This document shows positions 49,935-59,521 of a stretch of 64,000 bases of DNA, one piece after another; positions within the stretch are counted from its first letter, which is position 1; the number at the start of each line of letters is the position of its first letter. The DNA is taken from contig CAWHAE010000012.1 in assembly GCA_963827235.1 (NCBI GenBank), forward strand, positions 160,001 to 224,000, given 5' to 3'. The position numbers and the translations under genes are program-made. The DNA is from an uncultured bacterium (GTDB lineage: Bacteria > Chloroflexota > UBA5177 > JANWHV01). A model generated the notes under the pieces. That model saw nothing but the letters and a program-made list of their open reading frames with translations. It had not been told where the DNA came from and made no database searches.

Positions 49935-50888
49935 ATGTACCACCCCACTACGCGGCTGCTGGCTATGCTCGAGATGCTGCAATCGCGCGGACGGCTTAGC
50001 GGCGCCGAGCTGGCCGAACGCCTCGAAGTGGACCGGCGCAGCGTGCGCCGCTACGTGGAGACGCTCCAGGACCTCGGCATCCCCATCGAGGGCACGCGCG
50101 GGCAGTATGGAGGCTACCGCCTCCTGCCGGGCTACAAGCTGCCTCCCCTGCTCTTCACGGAAGCCGAGGCGGTGGCGCTGACCCTGGGACTGGTCGGACT
50201 GCGGCGCTGGGGTCTGGCCATGACCTCGGTGACCGTGGAGGGCGCGTTGGCCAAGCTGGAGCGCGTGCTGCCGAATGCGGCCCGCGCCCGCGTCAAGGCG
50301 GTCCAGACCCACCTGGCGCTGGAGACCGCCACGAGGGACACGCCGGTGGAAAGCACCACAGTCATTCTGCTGAGCACGGCGGCCGCACAGGGCCACAGCG
50401 TCCTTCTGCGCTACCAGGCGCAGGGAGGCGAGGAGACGGAGCGCGTGGTCGATCCCTATGGCGTGGTCAACTGGACGCGTAGCTGGTACATGGTGGGCTT
50501 CTGCCACCTTCGCCAGGCTCCGCGCATGTTCCGGCTCGACCGCGTCAAGCGCCTTGTCGAGCACGAAGGGCGCTTCGATCCGCCGGCCGACTTCGATTAC
50601 CTGGGCTACGTGATCGAGCACGTGGTCGCCTGGGGCGACGCCCATGCGGTCGAAGTGTGGATCGGACTGGAGCTGAGCGAGGCGCGCAGGCAGGTGCCGC
50701 CGGGCTATGGCCTGCTCGAGGCGGAAGGTGACGGCGTGCGCCTGCGCTCGCAGACGGACAACCTGAGCTGGTTCGCAAGCTTCCTGCTCGGCCTGGATTG
50801 CCCGCTGGAAGTACGCAAGCCGGACGAGCTCAAGACGGCCTTGCGGCGAGTAGCGCGGCGGCATCTGCGAGTGGCCCAGCACGCCTGA
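49935..50888 (+). CDS. YafY-family HTH-WYL-WCX transcriptional regulator
   Basis: RLLAMLEMLQ, ELAERLEVDRRSVRRY, GGYRL..LPPL, RVVDPY, WYMVGFCHLR, FRLDR. Confidence 0.94.
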   Translation: MYHPTTRLLAMLEMLQSRGRLSGAELAERLEVDRRSVRRYVETLQDLGIPIEGTRGQYGGYRLLPGYKLPPLLFTEAEAVALTLGLVGLRRWGLAMTSVTVEGALAKLERVLPNAARARVKAVQTHLALETATRDTPVESTTVILLSTAAAQGHSVLLRYQAQGGEETERVVDPYGVVNWTRSWYMVGFCHLRQAPRMFRLDRVKRLVEHEGRFDPPADFDYLGYVIEHVVAWGDAHAVEVWIGLELSEARRQVPPGYGLLEAEGDGVRLRSQTDNLSWFASFLLGLDCPLEVRKPDELKTALRRVARRHLRVAQHA

Positions 50889-51045
50889 CGGGCAGCAACG
50901 CCGTGCGCCGGATACGACCTCGGCACGGTCAGGTTCGGCGTTCCCGGCGGCACACGCGCCACAACAGTGGGATTCTTGCAGAGAAAAGCCTGCCCAGCTG
51001 TTGCCAATGTGCGTATGCTGAGAGTAGTGACGAGGAGAGCATGCG

Positions 51046-51438
51046 ATGGCCCAACGCCCGCCGCCACTCTGGCAACCGGTTCGACAGCTGCCTTTCGTGG
51101 CAGCCTTGATCGACGACCTGTCGCAGACAGCGGAGAAGCAGTATCAGACCCTCCGGCGCGCCGGTGACGGCACACACGAGCTCGACGAGTATGCGCTCAG
51201 GCAGATTGTCGACCTGTTCTCGCGAGAGCGCGATGATCTGCCCGTGTTTGAGGAGCAGTTGCAGCGCTGGCTGGCGCTGGACCTGAGCGAGACTCAGGAG
51301 CACGAGATACGTCGTCTGCGGGGGCGTCTGGACCGCCTGGGCGAGCTGGTGCCCGCGATCCTGGCCATGGCCGAAGAGCTCAAGAGCAGCATCATCAGGG
51401 ACCTGTCGCTGCGACGACGGACTCACTACCCCTTGTGA
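51046..51438 (+). CDS. Helical hypothetical protein
   Basis: RBS GAGGAG, ATG, coding-like codon use, WQP...EEQLQRW pattern. Confidence 0.7.
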   Translation: MAQRPPPLWQPVRQLPFVAALIDDLSQTAEKQYQTLRRAGDGTHELDEYALRQIVDLFSRERDDLPVFEEQLQRWLALDLSETQEHEIRRLRGRLDRLGELVPAILAMAEELKSSIIRDLSLRRRTHYPL

Positions 51439-51468
51439 CCGGCTTTGCCCCGCCCGGCCTCCCTCGAA

Positions 51469-52938
51469 TCAGACGCCGGGTGAATCGCCGGCGAGCGGCG
51501 GCCACAACGATTGCACCTCGGGCATGGCCGAACACAGGGCGTGGGCGGCTCGCAGGACCAGCGACTCGCTCCAGGACGGCCCGGTGAGCTGCATGCCTAC
51601 CGGCACACCCTGCTCGTCGAAACCGGCGCGGAACGCGCAGGATGGCAGGCCGGCCAGGTCCTGAGGCGTGGTGTAGGGCAGCACGAGACTGCGGAACGGC
51701 ACGTTCCGGCCGTCGTGCAGGAGATCTTCGTCGCCGATCCGTACGGGCGATCCGGCGGCCACGGGGGTGAGCAGCAGATCGATCTCGCCGTCGAAGAGCT
51801 GCGCGAAGTCGGTCCGCACTTGCCGGCGAGCCTGCCGAGCCTCGATGTACTCGGCAAGCGTGATCCGGGCCGCCTGCTCCAGCCGCGACGCCACGTCCGC
51901 GCCGTACAGCGACTTCCGGGCAGGGTAAAGACCGTATTGCACGTGATGGACTCGGTACGCCTCGGCATCCCGGATCGCGCGGAAAGTGCTATCGATCAGC
52001 CCGGCTGAGAGCAGAGAGACGTCGATAAGCCTGGCGCCCAGGCCGGCAAGCAGGCGCGTGCTGGCCTCGAAGGCGCCGCGCACGCCGGCGCTCAGCGCCA
52101 CCGGATGCAAATCGGGGCAGATACCCACGCGCAGCGAGGCGATGCCCTGCCGCAGCGCGTCCGAGTAGCGCGGCACTGCCATCACCTCGGCCGAGCGGTC
52201 GCCGGGCTCGTGGCCCGCCAGCACCTCCAGCAGCAAGGCGGCGTCCTCTACGGTGCGAGCCATGGGACCGGGATGGTCCAGCGATTGGGCCAGCGGGAAG
52301 ACACCCCTCGCGCTGACGCGCCCGTAGGATGGCTTGAGACCCACCACGCCGCAGTACGCTGCCGGGATGCGAATCGATCCGGCCGTGTCGGTGCCCAGCG
52401 CCGCCGGAACCATGCGGGCGGCCAGTGCCACGGCGGAGCCTCCGCTCGATCCGCCCGCCACCACACCCGGGCTCCAGGGGTTGTGTGTCGGTCCAAAGTG
52501 CGGGCTCACGGTGGTGATGCCCCAGGCGAACTCGTGCGTGGCCGTCTTGCCGATCAGTATGGCTCCGGCGTCCCTGAGCCGGCGGACCGCCGTCGCGTCC
52601 TCGGCCGGCACGTGCTCGGCGAAGATCGGCGATCCGTACGTGGTCCGCAGTCCGGCCGAGTCGTACATGTCCTTGGCCGCGAAAGGAATGCCGTGGAGCG
52701 GGCCGCGGGAATGGCCGCGGGACAGCTCCTCGCCGCGCGATCGCGCCTCGGACAGCGCCTGCTCCGCGGCGACGGTGCTGAAGGCACGCAGGGCCGGGTT
52801 GCCGGCTTCGATGCGCTCCAGCAAGCGGCCGATCACTTCCAGCGGCGAGAATGCCCGCGACGCGTAACCCGCACGCAGCTCGGCGATGCTCATCATGGCC
52901 AGATCGGTATGCGTCACGTGGCGTTTCCCCACACTCAC
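51469..52938 (-). CDS. Amidase signature family enzyme (GatA-like)
   Basis: GIPFAAKD, GGSSGGSA, GTDTAGSIRIP, GLKPSYG; start may be a few codons downstream. Confidence 0.93.
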   Translation of the reverse strand: MSVGKRHVTHTDLAMMSIAELRAGYASRAFSPLEVIGRLLERIEAGNPALRAFSTVAAEQALSEARSRGEELSRGHSRGPLHGIPFAAKDMYDSAGLRTTYGSPIFAEHVPAEDATAVRRLRDAGAILIGKTATHEFAWGITTVSPHFGPTHNPWSPGVVAGGSSGGSAVALAARMVPAALGTDTAGSIRIPAAYCGVVGLKPSYGRVSARGVFPLAQSLDHPGPMARTVEDAALLLEVLAGHEPGDRSAEVMAVPRYSDALRQGIASLRVGICPDLHPVALSAGVRGAFEASTRLLAGLGARLIDVSLLSAGLIDSTFRAIRDAEAYRVHHVQYGLYPARKSLYGADVASRLEQAARITLAEYIEARQARRQVRTDFAQLFDGEIDLLLTPVAAGSPVRIGDEDLLHDGRNVPFRSLVLPYTTPQDLAGLPSCAFRAGFDEQGVPVGMQLTGPSWSESLVLRAAHALCSAMPEVQSLWPPLAGDSPGV

Positions 52939-53260
52939 CGCACGGCTGAAAAGCCGATCATCCGAATGTCAGCATATCGTACCCGTGCCACGCGTATGCG
53001 GGTGCGAGCCTCTCGCGGGCGTACCTGACATCTGTGATCTTGCGCTTCGGCTAGCCGCTCCTGGGACCGCGGCCGTCTCGGCCGCCTCCGGAGGTGTCGG
53101 CCATGGCTTCCATCGTCTCGCGTCAACACGCCTCTGCGTGACGATACCCAGGTGGCCCCGCCTCTAGCCCGATGAAGCGCCAGTGACGAACGTTGAGCAG
53201 TCTGCCGGTGCCATTACGGCAGCTCTCGGCCCGGCGAGCAGGCAGCCCGAGCGCTCACAG

Positions 53261-54037
53261 TCACCGGTCTGCCACGCCCACGGCCACCGCTCGATCCGAA
53301 GGGCCAGGTGCGGCCTCGGCGCGGCGCTGCAGCGCGTAGATGACCCACGGCGCTACCTTCGTCTCGCTCACCCACTCGTACGGCTCCGTGCCGGAGGCAA
53401 GGGGTCTGTACACGCCGACCGGCCGCAGGCCCGCCGCCTCGTACACGGCGCGATACGCCGCGTCCGTGCACAGGATGTCGTCGACCGGCCGCCGATCGCC
53501 GTGGTCGGTGACCACCGTGCGCACGCGGTCGCCGTCACGGGCCTGCCGGTTCTCCGGGAAGTCGCTGGTCGTAAATGACGCCCACTCGTGCGTGTAGATG
53601 TCCGGCGACGAGACGATGCTCACTATTGTCCCACCGGGGGCAAGCAGGCCGGCCAGGCTGGTGAAGATTCTCACCTTCTCGGCGGCCGGAATGTTGTCGA
53701 AGGTGAACGCGGAAAGCACCAGGTCGAAGGACTGCCCGGCGAAGATGCTCAGATCGTCGCCAGGTACCAGGCGATAGTCGCCTGCCGGGTCCGAGGCTCG
53801 GGCAATGCCAAGCATATCCTCCGAGATGTCCACGCCGGTGGAGGCGAAGCCGAGCCGCCGGAGCAAGCGTGTCGAGCGTCCGGTGCCGCAGCCGAAATCA
53901 AGGGCCCGCGTGCCGCCCGCGTGCGCGGAGATGATCTGAGGCAGGTCGCGACAGGCGAGGTGGTAAGTGTTGTCGAAGGCTAGCGTGGCGTAGGCGGCAG
54001 CGCGGCCGGCATCCTCGTAGCAGTTGGTGAATCCCAT
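53261..54037 (-). CDS. Class I SAM-dependent methyltransferase
   Basis: ALDFGCGTG, GVDIS, FDLV, LAPGG. Confidence 0.9.
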   Translation of the reverse strand: MGFTNCYEDAGRAAAYATLAFDNTYHLACRDLPQIISAHAGGTRALDFGCGTGRSTRLLRRLGFASTGVDISEDMLGIARASDPAGDYRLVPGDDLSIFAGQSFDLVLSAFTFDNIPAAEKVRIFTSLAGLLAPGGTIVSIVSSPDIYTHEWASFTTSDFPENRQARDGDRVRTVVTDHGDRRPVDDILCTDAAYRAVYEAAGLRPVGVYRPLASGTEPYEWVSETKVAPWVIYALQRRAEAAPGPSDRAVAVGVADR

Positions 54038-54329
54038 TGCTTCTCCCGCACAACAAATGCGACTTCAGGTCACGGCCCGATCGATCGCTTCGAGCCTTGG
54101 GCAGTCTTCAATCTATTCACTGGAAATCCCGCTCGCAAGCGCCAATTCACGGCAAACGGCCGGGCCATTTCGTGTTCTTGGCGAGGCAGGAGCCGCTTCG
54201 CGTTCCGGCGACGCGGCCGGCTTCATCATGCTCCTCGCATGCCCATCCCGCATGCCGCCGCCGTTGCCGGCTCGAGCGCGGGTACGGCCAGAGGTCGTTT
54301 GCCCTGTTCGTCGCGATCCCAGCTCACCC

Positions 54330-54627
54330 GTGGGGATTCCATCCTTATGCCGGGATCCGCGGCCGCGTCGAGCCGCTGCTCGGGCGTCATCCCGATCTGG
54401 CGGGTCAGAGAGCCGTCGAGTTTCGTATCATTCTGGATGACCGGGAGGTCTTCCGCAGCGGCAGGATGACCGGCGCGACAACGGCACGTCGAGTCGTAAT
54501 CCCGCCACGCCACGCGTCCGCCATGACGCTGCAGGCGGAGGATGCCTTAGTGCAGGGCAGGTGGTGGCACGGTCAAGCCATCTGCGGCCAGCCACGGCTG
54601 ATACGAACCACGCCGGCAGGATCCTGA
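54330..54627 (+). pseudogene. Fragment encoding an NPCBM/NEW2-like carbohydrate-binding domain
   Basis: VEFRIILDDREVFRSGRMTG...MTLQAED...CGQPRL; no credible start. Confidence 0.5.
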
Positions 54628-54750
54628 TCCCTTGACGCGGGCCTTGGTTGCCGCGCGCTCCATTCAAGCGCGGGACAGTCCGGCATGCCACGTGCAGCCT
54701 CGGATCTCGATCACCGGCCGTCGACGTGTAGAGAAAGGCGTCCTTTGCAC

Positions 54751-55398
54751 ATGCAATTGATCATTGTTCGTCACGGTCAATCAACAGGCAACATCACCAC
54801 GGACGACGTACCGGACGGCGACCTCACGCCAGCCGGCCTGCGGCAGGCGCGCGAAACCGCCCAGCGGTTGGCTGGTGAGGGCATCACCCACGTCATCGCC
54901 AGCCCGCTGGTGCGCGCCCTGCTCACCGCTACCGCGATTGCCGATGCGTCCGGCATCGATCAGGTCGCGGTGTGGCCCGCGTTGCAGGAGCATCGCGACA
55001 CCCTGCATCGCGGGCTGGGCAGGAAGGCACTGCTCAGCCGCTCGCCAAAAGCTCTTCTTCCGGACAGCGTGGAAGAGGACGGTTGGGACCACGGGGACGA
55101 GACGCACGAATCCGCTCGCCGGCGCGCGGTGGACGCGCTTGCCGCGTTGCGCGCACGCTATCATGCCGCCGAGAAGGTGGTAGTTGCCACGCACTGGACG
55201 TTTGGCTGCTACCTGCTGCGGGCCGTGTTCCACGTGCAAAGCCCGCTTCCCGTGTGGTTCAAGCTGAACAACTGCGGCGTCAGCAGGATCGACTTTGCCG
55301 ACCCGCCCTCGCACGATCCCGGGTTCGACTATGAGATGGCAGAGGTGAACGTCGTGAGCGTGAACGACGTCTCGCACCTGAGCGAGATATCGCAGTGA
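54751..55398 (+). CDS. Histidine phosphatase (phosphoglycerate mutase) family protein
   Basis: VRHGQS, LTPAGLRQA, ASPLVRA, VVATH, NDVSHL. Confidence 0.9.
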   Translation: MQLIIVRHGQSTGNITTDDVPDGDLTPAGLRQARETAQRLAGEGITHVIASPLVRALLTATAIADASGIDQVAVWPALQEHRDTLHRGLGRKALLSRSPKALLPDSVEEDGWDHGDETHESARRRAVDALAALRARYHAAEKVVVATHWTFGCYLLRAVFHVQSPLPVWFKLNNCGVSRIDFADPPSHDPGFDYEMAEVNVVSVNDVSHLSEISQ

Positions 55399-55549
55399 CA
55401 GCACGTGAGCCGGCGATCGGCCTGCACGTGTTCCCGGTGGGGTAGAATCCCGAGTGTAGACGCGGGCACTCCTGCGCGGCGGGACGCGCTCCGCGCGATG
55501 CGGCTGCCAGGCCGGCGCCGCGCATAAGGCCCAGGGAGGAGACCCCGTC

Positions 55550-56536
55550 GTGTCGAAGCTCACGATCGCGCTGTTGCAGATGACTTCGTGCGGCGCCGAC
55601 GTCGCGCTGAACCAGGCCAAGGGCGAGGACTACTGCCGGCGGGCCGCCGCCATGGGCGCGGATGTCGCTCTGTTCCCCGAGATGTGGAGCAACGGCTACG
55701 CGTCGTTCGCCGTCTCGAGCGGTGATGGGCCGGATCTCTACCGGGCACGGCAACGCTGGGTACAGGATCCGCGCCCGGCGCCGTCGATCGACCCCGAGGC
55801 CTACCAGAGCTGGGCGGAAGGCGCCCTTGAAGACACCGGCCCCTACGTGGCCACCTTTCGCGACCTAGCTCGCCGGCTCGACATGGCTATTGCCGTCACC
55901 TACTTGCAGCGTTGGCAGGGTGCGCCACGCAACGCCATGACCCTGATCGACCGGCATGGGGAACTCATGTTCACCTACGCCAAGGTGCACACCTGCGACT
56001 TTGACCTGCCGGAAGCGTGCCTGACTCCCGGCGATGAGTTCTACGTGTGCGACCTGGACACGGCGGCCGGGACCGTCAAGATCGGCGCCATGATCTGCTA
56101 TGATCGCGAGTTCCCGGAGAGCGCGCGCATTCTGATGCTCAAAGGCGCCGAGATCATCCTCACACCCAATTCCTGCGATCTCGAAGCGCATCGTATCGCC
56201 CAGTTCCGTGTGCGTGCCTTCGAGAACATGGTGGGCGCAGCGATGACCAACTACGCGGCGCCGCAAGAAAACGGCCACTCCGTGGCCTTCGATCCGATCG
56301 CCTTTGGCGAGCACGGCGTCTCGCGCGACACCTGCGTGGTCGAGGCCGGCGAGGAGGAAGGCATCTACCTGGCAAGGTTCGACCTCGGCAACCTGCGGGA
56401 CTGGCGGTTGCGGGAGACCTGGGGCAACTCCTTCCGCAAGCCGCATCGCTACGGCCTGCTCACGTCGCTCGGGGTCGCCGAGCCCTTTGTCCGCCTCGAC
56501 TCGACCGGCCGCCCCTACGACAGGACGCGCCGGTAA
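55550..56536 (+). CDS. Carbon-nitrogen hydrolase (nitrilase superfamily)
   Basis: LFPE, YAKVH, MICYDREFPE catalytic E-K-C triad. Confidence 0.93.
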   Translation: MSKLTIALLQMTSCGADVALNQAKGEDYCRRAAAMGADVALFPEMWSNGYASFAVSSGDGPDLYRARQRWVQDPRPAPSIDPEAYQSWAEGALEDTGPYVATFRDLARRLDMAIAVTYLQRWQGAPRNAMTLIDRHGELMFTYAKVHTCDFDLPEACLTPGDEFYVCDLDTAAGTVKIGAMICYDREFPESARILMLKGAEIILTPNSCDLEAHRIAQFRVRAFENMVGAAMTNYAAPQENGHSVAFDPIAFGEHGVSRDTCVVEAGEEEGIYLARFDLGNLRDWRLRETWGNSFRKPHRYGLLTSLGVAEPFVRLDSTGRPYDRTRR

Positions 56537-56644
56537 GCACGCGGCGCACCTGGACCGCAGTCCCTCATGAGCTGCCATGCGTTCGCAATCGCGGGCTGCC
56601 GCGGCCCCACCTGCCCTGCCGCGGCCGGAGGCCGGTCCGGCCAA

Positions 56645-59305
56645 TCACAAGGTCTTGAAGATCGTGATGCTCCCGCCCCGGTCGGTCTCCGCGATGCCGC
56701 CGTTGAGCACCACCACCAGGCCTCGATGCTCGTCGACGGCCACTGCAATCGGCTGCGTGCCGACGCGCACGGTGCGCACGACCTGGCCGGTGGCGGTGCT
56801 GAGTACGCTGACCGTGCCGCTGCCCTGGTTGGTCACGTAGACGCGCCCATGCGTGCCGTCCAGCGCGGCCGCGCTGGGTGAAGCGCCCACTTTGACGATG
56901 CGTACGAGCTTGCCCTGCGCGGTATCCAGGACGGCGACGGCGTCGTCGGCGGGGTCCAGCACGAAGGCGTGCCTGCTGCTCGGATCGACCAGAATCGACC
57001 GCGGTGTCACACCAATGTTTACCGGTGCCTGCAGCCGGTTCCCCACTACCAGACCGACGCCGCCTCCCAGCGATATGAGGGCGCTGCCTTTGGCGGGCGC
57101 CGCCGCGACGGCCCAGGGAAGGGCACTGCCCAGGCGAACGGATGTGATCAGCTTCCCGCTTCGACCGTCCAGCACCAGCAGGCTGCTGGGCGTCATTTGG
57201 TCCACGACGTAGACCCGGCTGCCGTCGCTGCTCACCGACAACGCGTACGGGTCGCCGGAGACCACGCAGCCGGCTATCGCCGCGGTGGCCGCGTCGATGG
57301 CACAGGTGCGCCTACCGGCAATCACAAACAGGCGATTCGTGGGCACGTCGACCGCCAGCGCGTACGGCGCGCCGCCGTTCGCCAGGCCGCCTAGTGAGAT
57401 GCCTTTGCCGCTAGCTCGTCCGCTCCGGCTGTCGTACACCCCGACCGATTCGCCGGTTCCGTTGGCTACGAACAGGCGGTGGATGGCCGGGTCGACCGCT
57501 ATCCGCCAGGGTGCCGATCCCGTTGCCTGGTCGGGCAGCAGGTGCCCCGTGGTCTGGTCGATGGTCAGAAGCAGGTTGTCGTTGCTCATGGCGACAAAGA
57601 CGCGCCCGGCGGCGGCGTCGACGGCCAACAGCCCGGCATTCCCATAGGGCGCGTGCGTGCCGGCAAGCGGGGCGTGGGACAGCGGCACGGTACACGGCGA
57701 CGCGCAGGATGCCGCGGCCGCGGTTCTTGTAGCCCTCGGCCTCGCCGTGGCAGTCGGTCGTTGCGTGCTGGTCGGCCGGCGCGTGCTGGTCGGTCGTGGC
57801 GTGCTGGTCGGTCGTGGCGTGCTGGTCGGCTTTCTGGTCGCCGTGGCGCTGGCGGTCGGTCTCTTGGTCGCCGTGGCGCTGGCGGTCGGTCTCCTGGTTG
57901 CCGTGGCCCTGGGCGTCGCCGTGGGTCTTGCCGTGGGCGTGCGGGTGGGAATGACCGGCGTGGCCGTGCTGGTTCGGGTGGCGGTCGGCGCAGCGGGCTT
58001 GCCTTCGACGTAGAGGCGGACAGTGGCTACGAGGCCGCTGTGCGTCCCCGATACCGAGATCGTGTTCCAGCCGTATGGCGCCGAGTTGGGCACCTGGAAC
58101 CGGAGACTGCCGAACCTGCCCTGGCCATCGGCGACCACCGCTAGCATGAAGGCGCCGTCAAACCGGCCCAGCACGATCTCGTTGGCGGCATATTGCGTGC
58201 CGCTGACCACGATCCAGTCGCCGCGGTGCGCGGTCGACGGATGCACCGACAGCACCGGCTTGACCAGCGGCTCGATCACCAGCGTCGTGGTGGCGGCTCG
58301 GCGACTGCGGCTGCCGGTAGCCGTCACGGTATGCCGTCCGGCGCCGAAGGCGGCGCGGAAGCTGATCGAGAACTTGCCGGTCTGGTCGCTGGTCGCGCCG
58401 GCAATCCGCTTGCCGTCGACGCCGATCGCTACCGGCTCCTTCGGCGCAAAGCCGGTGCCGGCCAGGGTCGTCACTCCGCCCGCCGCTAGGGAGCCGGGGT
58501 TCAGCGTCACCACAGCCGGCGATGCCGCGATGGACAGCGCTGCCGCGGCCGTGTCCCCGCCCGGTCGCCCGGTCGCCGATACCACGTGCAGTCCCGGCGA
58601 GAGCGTGGCTGGTACCTGCAGCGCACCGCTCGTGAAGCTTCCGCTATTGTCGGCGGTCGCCGTCCCGGCGGCGGTGCCGTCCAGCTCCAGGCTGACGGTC
58701 TCTCCCGGGGTGAAGCCGGCGGCCGATACGACGAAGGTCGAGCCGGCGACACATATCAGGGGCGTGAGGTCGATTGCCGGCGGCGGCGCGATCCGCGCCA
58801 CGACCGTCGCTATGCCCGCTACGGTGCGGCCGCTGGACACTCCCCTCATGGTAATCGTGTACGTGCCGAGGGCGGTGCCGCTCGGCACCGTGTAGGCGTA
58901 CCCCTCGAGCTTGCCGGCCGTGTCGGCCAGGCCGTAGCCGCTGGATCCATCCGCGTAGGTGACCAGGATTTGCTCGCCCGGACTGAAGCCGGTCGCCGTC
59001 ACCAGCGTGACGCCGCCGGCGACCACGACGGGCGGGGTCAAGGTAACCATGGTGACATAGGGCGTGGTTGCCGCCACAATCGGCACCGGCGAGGCGGCCG
59101 CGTCGCGCACCGCCTGGCCTTGCGCGCCCAGCATGCCATAATGCCCTCGAGTGGGCGATTGCGCTCCCGGTAAATCCGTGGCAGTCTGAGCACGTACTAT
59201 TGATGAGCTCAAGAATGGTAGGGGACCGGCGCTCGTGACGGCGATGCTCAAACCAAGAGCCATTGGCACTGTTGCCTTGAGCAGCATTCTTGCTGGAATC
59301 GCCAT
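56645..59305 (-). CDS. Secreted protein: Ig-like repeats, Thr/Pro/Arg linker, YVTN beta-propeller
   Basis: Signal-like N-terminus, four G(F/Y)xxxE(x)(V/I) Ig-like modules, RVYVTNQGSGTVSV repeats. Confidence 0.85.
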   Translation of the reverse strand: MAIPARMLLKATVPMALGLSIAVTSAGPLPFLSSSIVRAQTATDLPGAQSPTRGHYGMLGAQGQAVRDAAASPVPIVAATTPYVTMVTLTPPVVVAGGVTLVTATGFSPGEQILVTYADGSSGYGLADTAGKLEGYAYTVPSGTALGTYTITMRGVSSGRTVAGIATVVARIAPPPAIDLTPLICVAGSTFVVSAAGFTPGETVSLELDGTAAGTATADNSGSFTSGALQVPATLSPGLHVVSATGRPGGDTAAAALSIAASPAVVTLNPGSLAAGGVTTLAGTGFAPKEPVAIGVDGKRIAGATSDQTGKFSISFRAAFGAGRHTVTATGSRSRRAATTTLVIEPLVKPVLSVHPSTAHRGDWIVVSGTQYAANEIVLGRFDGAFMLAVVADGQGRFGSLRFQVPNSAPYGWNTISVSGTHSGLVATVRLYVEGKPAAPTATRTSTATPVIPTRTPTARPTATPRATATRRPTASATATKRPTASATATRKPTSTPRPTSTPRPTSTRRPTSTQRPTATARPRATRTAAAASCASPCTVPLSHAPLAGTHAPYGNAGLLAVDAAAGRVFVAMSNDNLLLTIDQTTGHLLPDQATGSAPWRIAVDPAIHRLFVANGTGESVGVYDSRSGRASGKGISLGGLANGGAPYALAVDVPTNRLFVIAGRRTCAIDAATAAIAGCVVSGDPYALSVSSDGSRVYVVDQMTPSSLLVLDGRSGKLITSVRLGSALPWAVAAAPAKGSALISLGGGVGLVVGNRLQAPVNIGVTPRSILVDPSSRHAFVLDPADDAVAVLDTAQGKLVRIVKVGASPSAAALDGTHGRVYVTNQGSGTVSVLSTATGQVVRTVRVGTQPIAVAVDEHRGLVVVLNGGIAETDRGGSITIFKTL
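57770..57905 (-). repeat. Tandem 18-bp and 30-bp coding repeats (PTSTPR, PTASATATRK-like)
   Basis: GTGCTGGTCGGTCGTGGC units and GCCGTGGCGCTGGCGGTCGGTCTC units. Confidence 0.85.
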
Positions 59306-59521
59306 CCTGCCGCGCACCCTCGGCTTTCTTCTGTACGGAGGAGCGCCGATCCGCGCCCACCTGTTCAACGAGCCAAACGCATCATACCCCGACCCCGGCG
59401 CCGGCTTCTATAGTCATTCGGGCGCGAGTTATTCGGGCGTCACTCCGTGGCGCGGCCGGGTAGCCGGCCGCGCGTGTCTCGACGGGCCGGCACTCGCCGG
59501 CTGCTCGCTTGGAGAGTGCGA

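Noticed and set aside
16617-50888. AlkZ-like, MPG and WYL genes as one DNA-repair island
   Set aside because: They are tens of kb apart with unrelated genes between and share no operator that I could see
52940-53180. GC-rich palindromes between amidase and methyltransferase as a REP family
   Set aside because: No clear second copy in this window
57770-57905. Tandem repeats as a CRISPR array
   Set aside because: No unique spacers, unit lengths are multiples of three, in-frame Thr/Pro linker, no cas genes
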